DNA of 63,455 nt, counting the filler, from Stramenopiles sp. TOSAG23-3 (Eukaryota): NCBI GenBank assembly GCA_900128585.1. It is 5 parts of 5 records of this genome, joined end to end, with 100 filler letters (N's around TTAATTAATTAA, not from the genome) between each part and the next. Parts side by side here need not be neighbours in the genome. Positions count along the whole stretch, not along the records: positions 1 to 19,719 come from LT642392.1; 4 more parts are not named here. The stretch is one strand, 5' to 3'. A program made the position numbers and the translations under genes. Below the pieces are notes generated by a model, which made no database searches, had not been told where the DNA came from, and was given only the letters and a program-made list of their open reading frames with translations. The number at the start of each line of letters is the position of its first letter. Within the stretch, counting starts at the first letter, position 1. Shown here in pieces: positions 1-12,613 of this stretch.

Positions 1-295
1 GTGCAGCACATCAAGAAAAGAAAACGAATAATAAGTTAAGTAATACGAGACCAGAGGACGAGAACACTCGCCACCAAGTTGTGAGTGTTGGACGTCGGGG
101 AGTATGTAGTACGATACGAAGACCAAGGAGAACCAAAGAGAACCAAGGAGAAGAGAAAATAAAGAAGTTAAGAAATTACGAGAGCAGAGGACGAGGGCGC
201 ACCTAGGAGTGTAGATCCCCGATGCATCAACAAGAGAAATAACAAGAACTGTAGCGGAGAACAAAGACGAAAGTATGAAGTACATACCGAGTCAC

Positions 296-755
296 AAGTA
301 AGGAGAAGAAGAAAGAAGTTAAGAGATTACGAGAGCCGAAGGGAGAGCACCAAGATGTTCAACGCCAAGGAATTAAGAAAGACGAGGTATTGAAGTACAT
401 TACCTCAAGTAAGGAGAAGAAGAAATAAGTTAAGAGATTACGAGAGCCGAAGGCGAGAGCACCAAGATGTGCAACGCCGAGGAATTAAGAAAGACGAGGT
501 ATTGGAGTACATTACCTCAAGTAAGGAGAAGAAGAAATAAGTTAAGAGATTACGAGAGCCGAAGGCGGGAGCACCAAGATGTTCAACACCGAAGAATTAA
601 GAAAGACAAGGTATTGGAGTACATTGCCTCAAGTAAGGAGAAGAAATAAGTTAAGTGATTACGAGAGCCGAAGGCGAGAGCACCAAGATGTTCAACACCG
701 AGGAATTAAGAAAGACGAATAATAAATACGAGAGCACCAAGATGTTCAACGCCGA
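296..755 (+). repeat. Tandem repeat, ~112-nt unit, about 4 copies
   Basis: The unit AAGTAAGGAGAAG...GATTACGAGAGCCGAAGG...GCACCAAGATGTTCAAC...GTACATTACCTC starts at 296, 407, 519 and 631. The last copy decays. Confidence 0.9.
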
Positions 756-1177
756 GTACTGTCGGGTAAAATCAAAGGTGAAAAGGAGGGGCGGCGAGTA
801 CCGACTCCTAACAACAGCGAGCATCAACAGGAGGGAACATTAAAAGATGGGGAGAGGCGCGTACCGACTTCTATCAACAGCAATCATCGACAGATTGTGA
901 GCGGCAAGTACCGACTCTTAACAACAGCAAGCATCAACGAATATGAAAAATAAAAACCTTCGGGTAAATAAAAACCTTCGGATACGTATGAAGCGACGTG
1001 AAGGCAAACTCACCAAGCGGGATGACAACAGTAATTTTATGGAGGGTATTGAGAGCCCAATACGTTAAGAATAGACCGAGGAAAATAAGTTAAGAAAAAT
1101 CAAGATCAGAGGACGAGGACACTCACCAACGAACAATGGGTGTTGGGCGGCAGGACGTGTTGAACGTCGGGAAGTAG

Positions 1178-2240
1178 ATGAAAGAAGAAGATAAAAGAAG
1201 AAGAAGAAAGAAGATAAAAGAAGAAAATAAAAGAAGAGAAAAGAAGAAGAGAAAAGAAGAAGATCGAGAGAGAGAAGAAGAAGAAGAAGTAAGAAGAAGA
1301 AGAAGAAGACAAAAGAAGAAGAAAAAGAAGGAAAAGAAGAAGAAAGACGAAGAAGATAAACGAAGATGAACGAAAGAAAGAGGAAGGAAAGAAGCAGAAG
1401 CAGAAGAAGAAGACGAACGAAAGAAAGAAGAAGAAGAAGAAAGGAAGAAGAAGAAAAAGAACGAAGAAGAAGAAGACAAAAGAAGAAGAACGAAAGAAAG
1501 AGGAAGAAAGAAGAAGATGAAGATGAAAAGAGAAGAAAGAAGAAAAGAGAAGAAGAGGAAGAAAAAGAAGAAAAAGTAGAGAGAAGGAAAACGAAGAGAA
1601 AAGAAGAAACAGCGGAAGAAAGAAGAAGAAGAAGAAGGAGAAGGAGAAGGAGAAGAAGAAGAAGAAGAAGAGGAAGAAAAAGAAGATAAAGTAGAGAGAA
1701 GGAAAACGAAGAGAAAAGAAGAAACAGCGGAAGAAAGAAGAAGAAGAAGAAGGAGAAGGAGAAAGAGAAGAAGAAGAAGAAGAAGAGGAAGAAAGAAGAA
1801 GCAGCAGAAGAAGAAAAAAAAAAAAAAAAAAAGATAAAAGAATACGAACGAAAGAAAGAAGAAGAAGAAGAAAAGAGGAAGAAGCAGAAGAAGAAGACAA
1901 ACGAAAGAATGAAGAAGAAGATAATAAGAGGGAGAAGAAGAAGAAGTGGTGAGAAAAACGAAGAAGAGAGAAGAATAGGTAGAGATAAGGAGAAAGAAGA
2001 CAGAAGAAGAAGAAAAGGAGAAGAAGAAGAAGAAGGAAAGGAAGAAGAAGAAAGACGAGGTAGACGAGAAAGCAAACCAAGGAGAAGAACGAACAAACGA
2101 ACGAACAAACAAACAAACGAATGAACAAACGGACGGACAAACAAACACACGAATGGACGAGTGAACGAACACGAACAAACAAACGAACGAACAAACGAAC
2201 GAATAAACGAACGAACAAACGAATGGTCAAACGAACGAAA
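1178..2240. repeat. (GAA)n-like purine-rich low-complexity tract followed by an AACG/AAAC microsatellite
   Basis: Seen directly. The ORFs over it are poly-F/S/L or poly-R/K/E artefacts. Confidence 0.95.
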
Positions 2241-3720
2241 CTTAGCAAATATGAAGAGTGACAATTTTACTCGAGTTAAGGCCACAACAAAGTACTCACA
2301 TTGGCACTGGTATGGAAGAAAGGAATACAAGTATTCACGAGATAAGAGGTACAGAACTGACGTCCCCCACCACTGAGCTCGACCAGAGCCATGTTGAGAT
2401 CGACAGAACGATGATTACGTATACATTGCAAACCGAGGAGTATCGAACAAGAAACAGAAGACCACGTAAGCACTTCTTTAGAGGCGGCAAGGCGAGTACG
2501 ACGATGAACGAGGAAAGTGAGTCCACGATTAGAGCAGGACGGCATGGTCAATAGATAAAGAGACGAAGAAATTGAGACCAAATTCACAGTTAACATGGTA
2601 GAGTCACAAAGACGGTGGACAACAAGAGGGGGGCAAAACTCAAGTTCACGCCAGGAAGGGACAACCACACACGTCAGGTAGGGACCGAAGAGAATTAGGC
2701 CCGGGCCCACTTTAAGAGTGGGATGACATGCGCAAGGTGTAATAAAATAAGTGAGATGAGACCCGTATCCACAGGAGAAGGGGACGGCCAAAGTGAAGAT
2801 AAATGAAAAAGCAAAGAAACGAAGGAGCAAGGGAGACACGAGCATACACCTCAAGTGATACTATCACGTGCAACGGTCATCGATGGGTGAGAGATCAACG
2901 ATCAACGAAAAGCGAAATACGTAGTGCAATATATGACGAGTACGACATGAGAAAATAGGAGAAACGAAGATGAGGCCAGAGCACTCTTGTCACAGGACAG
3001 GAGGTCGACCACCAAGTCTACCAACAACATAGTGTAGTACATGACGAGTACGACATGAGGAAATAGGAGGAACGAAGATGAGGTGATAAATGATAAGGCG
3101 AAGAAACGAATAAGCACGGGAGACACGAGCATACAACTCAAGCGATACGATCAAGTGCAACGGTCAACGATGGATGAAAGACTGGTAGTATCAGTACCAC
3201 GACGAAACATGAAGAAGATTAACATAAATATGACGGAACAAGGAGTGAAGTCCACCGGCAGGCGAGAAGGAATATCATCCTTCGACCAGAAGGGCGTGAG
3301 GAGGCCACCTGAGGCCTGACCGGGGGAGTTAAGCGGGACGATTTCACAAGGTGGATGAGGTTAACGCCACTGGGCGTTTCCAAGCAAGAGCGAGAGGACA
3401 CAAGCCGTTAAGGGCTCAAGTGTGCCCCCTCCCAAGAAATATACGTCATAACAGAGTAATAATTATTTATTTTTTAATTAATAAAAAAAATATTGCGAAC
3501 TTTAAAATGTGTTCTATCTTCTACTATCATAACGTTTTTTAGTAAAAATAGAAAGCGAGGAGGAAAGATATCGTGTAACATAATTATGAGGACAGAGAGA
3601 GAGAGAGAGAGTCACTCTACAAAAACTATTTAAGTGGTTGTGGTTGTCGTCGTTGAGGGTTTGTACCGACGGATACGTCTGTGCTGTAGTTGTTGTTATT
3701 GTAGAGAGACGAGAGTTGAT

Positions 3721-4911
3721 ATGGAAACGTACTCCTCGGCGCCAAACATAGAAATAAAGATTGGTGATGAGATGAATGCGGTGCTTCAGTACAAAGCGCA
3801 ACTTGCCAGTGGGGTCTTAGACCTGTCTGATAGAAGGATTGAAGAACAAGAGTTGGAGTACGTCAACGAACTTGTGCACCTGTGCCAATGTCACCACTTG
3901 GTGCTGACGCAGAACATGTTGGAGCGGACCCGGGAACCGTTCCCGTCGTTCATAACAGTGCTAGACCTGTCCCTGAACAGACTGACCGCATTGTCGTTAG
4001 AGGGCCTGTCTTGCCTGGTCGAACTGAACGTCTCCAGAAATAATTTAGAATCGCTGGAGGGGGTCGATTGCTGCCCGGCGCTTCAAACGTTAAACGCCTC
4101 GCACAACGAAATATCGTTCGTTTGCGGGTATGCGGCAAACGCGCAGCTGACCGAGCTCGACTTATCGTCCAACAAAATTGCAACTGTCGAAGACCTGCGA
4201 GGGGTCAGCGTTTGGGGGTCAGTTCGAACATTTGATGTGACTGGCAACCCTTTGATGGATGTCCCGCACGTGCGCCTTACCATAAAACACTTGCTGTCAA
4301 ACCTTGTCTGGTTAAATAGCAAAAAGCAGCCTTCCTCGCCAAAGGTAGGCAACAATCGCGAGAAGGGCTTTGGTGCATTTACTGCCACTCCGAAGGGCGA
4401 ACGGGCGGCGCAAGGGACCCCGAAAATGTTGGGGTACGCGTCAATACACAAACGGGGGGAACCGGTAGAGTTCGACAGAAGCCCTATTCAGGTCTCCAAA
4501 CATGATCTAGAACTTTCGAAAATGGGCTTTGCAAACAGTCGTCGAAAAAATGTGTCGCGCAACGAAAACGCGAATGGTCAGGGGGGGGAAAAAAAGAGAA
4601 ACGCGTCCAAGCATTCACGGAGTGTTCCGAGGAGTGAGGGGTGGGGTAAGCGAATGCCTCGAGAACGTAAAATAGATCGTAGCAGGGGACCTGCTCGTCG
4701 GAAAGGAGCAGAACGTAGAAAGAAACACGCCCGGTCCGCAATCTCAGCTCGTGGCAAGGCTACAACAGGCATCACCAGGAAACAAACGCAGAGCCTTCGA
4801 CCCAGCAGTCCTGGCAGCGACATCGACATGGAAAAAATGTTGGCCAAAATGATCAAGCATAAGCGATCGCTCCTCTCAAAGCTTCAAGCAACGATGGCCG
4901 ATAACGCATAA
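3721..4911 (+). CDS. Leucine-rich repeat protein (SDS22-like LRRs, basic disordered C-terminus)
   Basis: LDLSLNRL, LNVSRNNL, LNASHNEI and LDLSSNKI repeats, plus an LRR cap (DVTGNPL...LVWLN). The first ATG in the ORF is at 3721. Confidence 0.85.
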   Translation: METYSSAPNIEIKIGDEMNAVLQYKAQLASGVLDLSDRRIEEQELEYVNELVHLCQCHHLVLTQNMLERTREPFPSFITVLDLSLNRLTALSLEGLSCLVELNVSRNNLESLEGVDCCPALQTLNASHNEISFVCGYAANAQLTELDLSSNKIATVEDLRGVSVWGSVRTFDVTGNPLMDVPHVRLTIKHLLSNLVWLNSKKQPSSPKVGNNREKGFGAFTATPKGERAAQGTPKMLGYASIHKRGEPVEFDRSPIQVSKHDLELSKMGFANSRRKNVSRNENANGQGGEKKRNASKHSRSVPRSEGWGKRMPRERKIDRSRGPARRKGAERRKKHARSAISARGKATTGITRKQTQSLRPSSPGSDIDMEKMLAKMIKHKRSLLSKLQATMADNA

Positions 4912-4936
4912 ATGTGTGTGTTCACAATGAATCAGT

Positions 4937-4995
4937 AATTTTAATTACTTGCCCCAGTTTTTTGCTTTTTAAATAACAGCCAATTTTCTTGTTTT
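4937..4995 (-). repeat. Conserved 3' flank element, interrupted copy
   Basis: Minus strand AAAACAAGAAAATTGGCTGTTATTTAA, then a short insertion, then AAGTAATTAAAATT. Confidence 0.8.
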
Positions 4996-5071
4996 CAATA
5001 AATAAACTTTAGTCTTCTTTAATACGTTATGATATATTTTTCTTTTTTTTTCATTAACTAAAATCACAACA

Positions 5072-5140
5072 GTAGAGATCAGTTCGCAGTACATTAATTT
5101 TAATTACCTAAATAATAGCCAATTTTAATTTTCTTCTTTT
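5072..5140 (-). repeat. Conserved 3' flank element, full copy, just after the DNA-PKcs stop
   Basis: Minus strand AAAATTGGCTATTATTTAGGTAATTAAAATTAATGTACTGCGAACTGATCTCTAC. Confidence 0.85.
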
Positions 5141-5166
5141 TTAAAAAACCTTTCCCCTTTCCCTCA

Positions 5167-6398
5167 TTAAGACCAAAGGGACAACCCTAAGTAACTCCTT
5201 AAATGAACTTGTCGGTCGGTAGCTAAAAACATAAGTCCATCCACTTGCTTCATTACACTCGCATCGTCTGCATCGAGCGCAGAGTACTTGCCCTCCACGG
5301 ATGATTCGAACTCTCCCCGTTTTTGCTTGATGAATTCGAGCACGCTGTCTTTGTACTTGACAAATTTGGAATGTTTATTCTGTAAAACGGTTTGGTGAAT
5401 TATGGTGAACGGGGACTCGCTGTCAAGCTTCTTCTTCGTTGAAGCGAACGCGTGCTCCCGTTGTGATTCGACACTTAATGCTGCAAAGACTTGTTCAAGC
5501 GCTTCTCCGGATCCCGTGCCAGAATTTACACGAGACGGCTTCTGTTTTGGGCGCCATTCCATAAGTGGGTCGTTCACGAAGACTTGCATTGAATCCAAAA
5601 GCACCCTGCTCTCCCGCACGAAAGCTTTCAAGATATGGAAAGAGTGTAAACGCAGTGCCCCATTCCGTCCAGGGTGTGGTGCCATTATACTCTCCATTTG
5701 GGGGTCCAATCGAAACGGTATGAGCTCTGGGATAGGAAGCAAAAAAGAAGCAGAGCCAAAAGTGTGACCAAAGTCGATCGGTATCAATGAAAAATCGTTG
5801 TCGCGCAGCAAGCAGTTGCCGAGATGACGATCACCGATTCCAAGCAAATAGCCCGCTATGTTTATAACTGCTAGAGTGCCGATGGTTTTACTCCGCAAAG
5901 CAATGTACACCTCAGGCGTTGCAGCACGGTCTCTTAGTAGTTTTGAGAACTGATCGTGAGAAAACGTTCCGTCAACCTTTTCTTTGTATTCTTTGTCTGC
6001 TGTACCTCTGTTGGCACGATAAATTCTTTCGTAAGCTTCAGAACAACGGTCGAATTTCATGTTGAATTTCTTCCTTAGTAAAGCGTGACACTCTTTCTTC
6101 TGTGTCTTTCCCACCGTCCCGCTTCCGTGTCCATAAACGTTATTCAGAACCTCTGTCTTGTCAATCCATTCAAGCATCCCCGCATTCATGGTAATGGGAA
6201 CAACTGCGTACGTAATCAGTTTCAAGTCCTTCTTTTGGCAGGTCGGATCTTTCTGCAAAATTGAGTTAACAGTGGCAAACATTTGTTCAACCCGCTGGTC
6301 GTTTCGGAGATCCTCCCCACCTTTCACCAAATAACGGTATTTTTGAAAGTCAGAGCCAACAAATGTGATTCGCGACGGCGCGCGGAGGGATTTAAGCT
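5167..6398 (-). CDS. PRKDC: DNA-PKcs exon 3 (PI3K-related kinase domain and FATC); spliced protein about 3915 aa
   Basis: VKGGEDLRNDQRVEQMF, GIGDRHLGN, IDFGHTFG, LPIPELIPFRL and a FATC-like ATD...LW end. Confidence 0.93.
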
Positions 6399-6486
6399 CT
6401 ACGAAAGAAAATTAATGTTAGAGACATGGCGGGAAATAATTTGTCGTTGGCGGGGGAAGGGGGGGGGGGCAAGGTATTCTACTTAC
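6399..6486 (-). other. Spliceosomal intron 2 of DNA-PKcs (88 nt, phase 1)
   Basis: GTAAGT...CTCTAAC...TTTCGTAG. Splicing restores VL-K-LKSLRAPSRITFVGSD...LVKGGEDLR, the expected PIKK N-lobe. Confidence 0.9.
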
Positions 6487-9400
6487 TTAAAACGGTCTCC
6501 TCGACATAAGAAATGGTCGCGTGCGTTTCCGGCATTGGCATGCTGTGTGTATTACCATAATACTTACGATATTGTCCAGGAATTTCAATTTTGGAGTGGA
6601 GCAAATTTGCCAAGAAAACATTTTCCAATGGCATGGTTGTATTCTCATTTATTTCAATCCTCTGACCCGCTACATTCAGGATGGCCTCTGCAAATAACGA
6701 CAGGTATCGCATTTTGTGAAATTGGACATCCAATGGAATGACTATTTCACCATCATTATCCGGTAACACACTCTTGCCCAAAGAAGATCTTGCCACACGA
6801 TAGTCGTAGTACACTGCCTGAGGGTAGCGTTGCGCCATGTTGATTAGAATTTTGCACAATGTTTTCTTCATCTGCTTCTCGCGGAAAAGGCTGAACATCA
6901 ATGGAATAAAAGACAAAAATTTCCACACGGGGGTAGTTTCACTCGTTCTAGCGAATGTCCCGTATGCCTCTGGGAAATTCATTAGCCCGAGCACCCTTGG
7001 CATTTTTTCAATTGCTTCGGAATTACCACCATTGATTGCAGACATAGTAAACTCGATAAACGACAGTACATACATTTCTTTTTTTGAATTGTCCCTTCCC
7101 TCCTCCGTTAAGCCCTCGATTAAGTCCTCCAAAAACAGTGAGCATCGAAATGAACCTTCTGGCGATTTTGATTCTTTGAACGACTGTATTGCTTCTTCGA
7201 TGAAGCCGTGTTTTTGATTCTCCGACAACCCAGGATTTGCGTATTTCTGCACTGCGATATTTCCGAAAAGCACATAGTAATCAACGACGCTCTCGTTGTT
7301 AGACGTGGTGTCGCGCAGCTTATCAATTTCCAGTCTTTTTAAAATACGTTCGGCGTTGGAAAGGTACTTTGCCGCCTCTTTACGCTGCACGGGGTCGAGC
7401 GATGCGGCACGAACTTTAGCATTGGTGAAAACAATGTTTGCTACCTTGATTTTGTCTTTAAGAGGGGGCTCGGTCCCCAATTCATACAGGTAATCCTTCG
7501 CTTCGCGAACGAAGTCCAATGCCATAGTTGATTTGTTCAACAATGTCAAACCATACGCTACGTCGTAACAGCTATCGATTATAGACCTGTAGACGCTGTC
7601 GGAATTGACAGGCAGTTCACTCAAACATCGACGGCGCATCTTGTGCAAGTCCGTCCACACTGTAGGGTCATCGTAAATTTGCGAAGGCCAGCTTTTTTTC
7701 CATCCCTGGCGCAAAATTGCAAATTCTTTCTCATCTTCCTCAAGATTGTTCTCTGCTAATCTTTGGTAATACGAAACAAAGTCTTGGCAAGTTATCAAAA
7801 GTGGCAGCCTCTTCAGAATATTGTGCTTTGCAGCAAACGCGAACTTGCTCAAACTATTGTACGAATCCAAGAGAGTCTCTAACTCCTTCCACAGCAAGCC
7901 TTGCAGCCCGTGCCACTGTTTCTGAGTTAATTTTTCCCAAAATTGGCTCTCGAACGCATCGGGTACACTGGTTGAACCGCTCCCTCCCCCCTCCGGGGCA
8001 CGCTCGTGTCCCATTTCTCCGTAAGACTGCAGTCCCTGCACGATTTCCTCTTCGTTTAAATCTTGGTACAAAGCAGCCAAAGAATTCCAGCCTTGCTTCG
8101 ATTCATTAATACGAAGAATGTCCTCAATAGCCACAATACCAGAAGCATGATTCAAGGTGTTTTGGGCCGCACTTTGTACGGCAGGCAACTCAATTCCGGC
8201 TACCCTTGCGCCAGACTGCGTTATGCGCGACAATAAATCGAGTAAACTATGGACGAAAAGAGTGTCCTGGTTGCCGCTGCCCGCATTGTCGCAATTTAAA
8301 GTTTGGACAATGTCTTCCCCAATTTCTCGAACGACACTGTCGCTTCCATTTGGAGGACGGTTCGTCCTCCGTTGCTGCTGCGGCTGGAACGATTGGGCAA
8401 TCAGTTCGACCGCAACCGCGTGTCCAACCTTGTTATCGTGGGCACACAATTTCGCCAGAGGGTCTATCATATCTCTCAATTTGATTTGCACGTCGGGTAA
8501 TTCCCCGACCCGATATTCCCGTGTCAGCACAGGCTTGCTTTCGCTCCCTGCTCTGTTCTGGTTTTCATTATTTCCAAAACGTGCCGGTAACTCGGGCACG
8601 GCAAAACCATTGTTGGTTTGCAACCTAACATTTGGAGATGTCAAATTTTGTTCAACCGAACTATTTGTACTTTGAGTCAGCGAAAACAATTGCCGACTGG
8701 CGTCTTGGGTCGCACGAATTACGTTATGACTCGATACTTGGGAATTTGATACCGACATTGACTGTGAGTTCCATTCCTCTTCCATGTCCAACGCCATACT
8801 AACGCTTTGTGTAGAAGGAGCCGCCAGAGACGCAACGAAAGTAGCAAACAAGGGCTCCATGTAAGATTGATTCTGAGTCTGGCTACTACCACGCACATTG
8901 CTGAGATTGATGCTATGGAAACTGTTTGCCTTGTCCAGGGGCTGGTGGCAGCCTTTCAAAAACTCGTTGTCGGTGTAATCAACGTTTGACCGCAGCAGTT
9001 CAAGCATCAGCCCACAGCTGTACGAAGACCAGGTTTGTTCCAAAACGTTTCCCACCTCAAATACGTCTTTCTGAATCAAAAACTTTGCCCTCTTGATAGC
9101 GGTAGAAACGCTCGAGTCACTGTGCCAAAACCTGTACAACAACGGCTGAATTATGTCGACGCTCTTGTCTGCTAGCCCGTACAGTAGCAAGGGTCGTACA
9201 AAGGACGATTTTCCTTCTGCCACTAAAAGTTTGTCCATACTAATGCACAGGTTGTAGAACCTTAGGCGCACGTTATCATCATAGTGATCGATAAACGCTG
9301 ATGCGGCACTGCGGACAGCGGGGGCATTCGGATGCCGCCTGCTGCTTATTGTAAAATGGTCTTGCAAATTCAACCATTCTGTCGGTGGTAAAGCGCTCGT

Positions 9401-12400
9401 CCAGGTGCGCAATATCGACAGCAGCGCGATTTGGGTGTCGGTGTGGGTGTCTGCTGCCAGCCGATTTATTGACGGGTAGATGTTTTGAACACACACCCTC
9501 AAATCTGCCAAAGAATGCTCTGTCTCGCGGTAATAGCACAAAACGTGATCGACCACGCGTAAGGCCAGAACAAGATTATTATGGTTGAGCATATTGATGG
9601 TGCTCAACAGATTTTCAATAAATCTTTTCTGGTGCGTATATTGTGGGCCTAAAATAACGCAACTTTCGAGCAAAGAGGTAGTGTGCTGTTGGTTGCGGGC
9701 GTTGTATTGCATACGTAGCAAAGAGCGCGCTGTTGTTATGAACTCACTCATATTCACTTCACTGTCTACAAATTTGACGGTGCCAGCCCGTGCAAGTTTC
9801 GCGGCAAGTGATGCCGCAGCGCATCGAACAGGCTTTGACTTGCCGTCAAATATGAGCCCTAGAATGCCCACATCTCGGCTGTGTAAAAAGCTGTTCACAT
9901 CAACCATCTTCTCCGAGGAGCTCCAATTCCACTCCAAGTGTTCGACAGACAGTGACAGCAGATTCAAGGCTAGCGCTTTCAAGCTGTTGCTGCGACGATG
10001 CCAAGTCGCGCTATTAACATTATGAAATGACACCAAAAACACAGAGTGTAACCACTCCGTTGTCTTCACGGATCGCATGTCATCGCTGCGAATGAACATG
10101 TCCATCACTACAGATAAATCAAGCTTGGTCGCGCGCTGTGCATCGCTTTTAGTCCAAGCTTTCAAACAAGATTCAAAGTGCGCCATCTCGCTCTCCAAGT
10201 TTCTGTGGTGGGGAAACGCCAATATTTTCATCCACATGTTAAAGAACTTTTCCATGACAACTTGGTCGGTATTTATGGTTCTGCTTCTATCATAGCGCCC
10301 TTCCCACTGTGCCAGTATAGCCGTACACTTCAAGAACAATTTGTGAAACGAGGGGGATGATACCCCGCGCAGGTTACCGTATTGAACCAACGTATCCAAC
10401 ACAAACATTTGCCACGTGCGAAACCCGCACTGGGTAGCAAACTCGTCGAGAAACAACTGAAAGTAGTGTGGTCTTTGCACAATAACACATAATAAAAAGA
10501 TTTTAATATGCATTGGAAGAAATACGCCGGAATCCACCTTGCAGGCCATTTTACACATCGTATCCATGAAAGCGGGAATCGGACTGTTTGGTACTCGTAC
10601 CCACTTCTTTGGCCCGCTATTTTCAGAGTCGTCAAGATTGACGTCAGCATACTCTGCCCAAGCGTCTTCCCCGTAGTCGGACGGCAGTGCCGCACTCTTA
10701 TTGAATAAGGTGTCCAATGTTGCTACTACAGTCTCGAGCAAGAGGTTGTTCGTTTTGCACCAAGGCTGCGATGGATAATCTTCCTCCAATATAAGGAATT
10801 GCCACCACTTCTCGACGTTTTCATACTTTGAAAACAAACATTGGCTCTGAACAGATATTTTCTTCTGCGTCCGGATAATCATGTGCGCTAAGCATACGTA
10901 CGCCGTCACCTTCTGAAAATGATTCGTCTCAGACGAGTCAATGCATTGTTTTGCCTTTTTATTTACAAGACTTGTAAGCGCAGTTTCTTTTCCGTTCAGA
11001 AATGCTTTTGAGATCGAGGTGGCATTTAGTACATTGTGCAGACCGAACCCAGGAACGTTTCGGACGATCTGCAATTTTATCTGAACATCGTTCAAGCGTT
11101 CGTACAATACTTGCAATATGCGAAATGCGTAAGCATTGGAAATGTCATTGCCCGCTTGATCGATCTTGAAAATTAAGGAATGCAAGAGCGACTTTCCATC
11201 CAGAGCTTTGTATTCCGTTAAATATATTTTGGCAATAACATTGTCCTGAGTGCTTTCATTTGAAGCCACATGCAGCAAGTATGGTAAGCACAGGCACTCC
11301 ATAACTAATTCCTTGTAGTCTGGGGGTGACTCTTTGTCAAAAATGGCAAACAAAGTAAACTCCATAAAATTGTGCCTGCTGCTAACGGCATTTATTTTAG
11401 CGTTTGCAGCGGACGGGCTGAACATTTCGATGGCATAATTTTGAACTATTCCGGTCAGCCTTTCGTTGATGTATTGTCTCCTTTTGTGGTTATAACCATC
11501 TTCGCTCAAGTGAATACAAATTCGGCGAAGCAACAAGGTGCAGTGGATGCCGCCTAAACGCAGCGAGCGCAACGAGATATCTATGGCCTTAAAATGATTT
11601 TCTTCTGATACTGAACCTGCGGGCAGGCTTTCTGACGGGTTTTTTGGGAATATAGAAGCAGTAAAAATAGACTTGCTCAATAGGTGAAGAATGGCATCTG
11701 ACAACCCTTGGTTGGAAAGCGTTGGGTCAATGCTAAGATGTTTCAAGCAAACTGAGGCTGCGCGGAATCCGTACATTTTTAACTTAAATAAACACTGAGG
11801 TTGTGCAGCGTCATCCTTTATTTCCGTCAAAATGAACCGAATTAAATTTTCCATGAAAGATCCATGATCAGCGTTCCCAACATTGCACACCTCCATCAGT
11901 GGAATCAACAATTGCACATAATACAGGACTTCTTCAGCACTTGATCTCATTTTTATATCACGAAAATAGTTTGTAAAGCTGGAGATTACAAGGGTCCTAA
12001 TTTCTTCAGTGGCGATGATTTGACAATTTGCATCGCATAACGAGGAAATAAAACGCCTCAGAAAGTGCAGCATGGCAGATTGACTAAATGACAACGTGAT
12101 CAAATTTGTCTTGATTCGGGGCCAAACCGTGGCACTGCCGAAAAACTTAATTAGTTGGTGGACCACGGGATGGTGCACAATTACGTTGTTTTGTGCGCTT
12201 GGTGCGTAAGCAAATATATGGGCACACAGTGACGATTGAGACAAGGCTTCAACCACAACATCGGGGTCAATGTTTGGGTAAATCTCGATTATAAACTTTA
12301 ATACATCTACAAGCACCTCAGCTGTCTCTGCACGGACGTATTCGTCCAATTCTTTAATCTGGTCCAGCAAAGCTTTGCAAAAAGCACTTTTCCATTGCAG

Positions 12401-12613
12401 AAATTCCGAATCGCTGTCGAAACACTTGCACAAAGCTTGCGCCTTATCAACAAAAACGATCCCTTGAAACTGCAGTACCACATGCCGATAATGTGTTTCA
12501 ATAGAATTCTCTTCCTCGCCAGTTTTGACAAAAAGAGTGACACCGTTTGTTTCCACCAGCCTTGCTTCCTCTCTCAGGCACTTTAGTAGCACTTCGGACA
12601 TCCACTCCGATTC
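6487..12613 (-). CDS. PRKDC: DNA-PKcs exon 2 (middle HEAT region, S/TQ cluster, FAT domain)
   Basis: REYRVGELPDVQI, SQ/TQ cluster (SSQTQNQS, RATQD, SLTQ), AQRYPQAVYY, IEIPGQY. Phase-1 donor TTAA|GTAAGT at 6487/6486. Confidence 0.9.

Noticed and set aside
296-755. CRISPR-like array
   Set aside because: Whole units are repeated with no unique spacers, there are no cas genes, and the context is eukaryotic.
1065-2330. Long minus-strand ORFs of 351-421 aa
   Set aside because: They are translations of a (TTC)n-type tract that lacks stop codons.
3270-3330. HDV-like ribozyme on the minus strand (GGCCTCCTCACGCC)
   Set aside because: The loop register does not fit and I could not build P1, P1.1 or P2.
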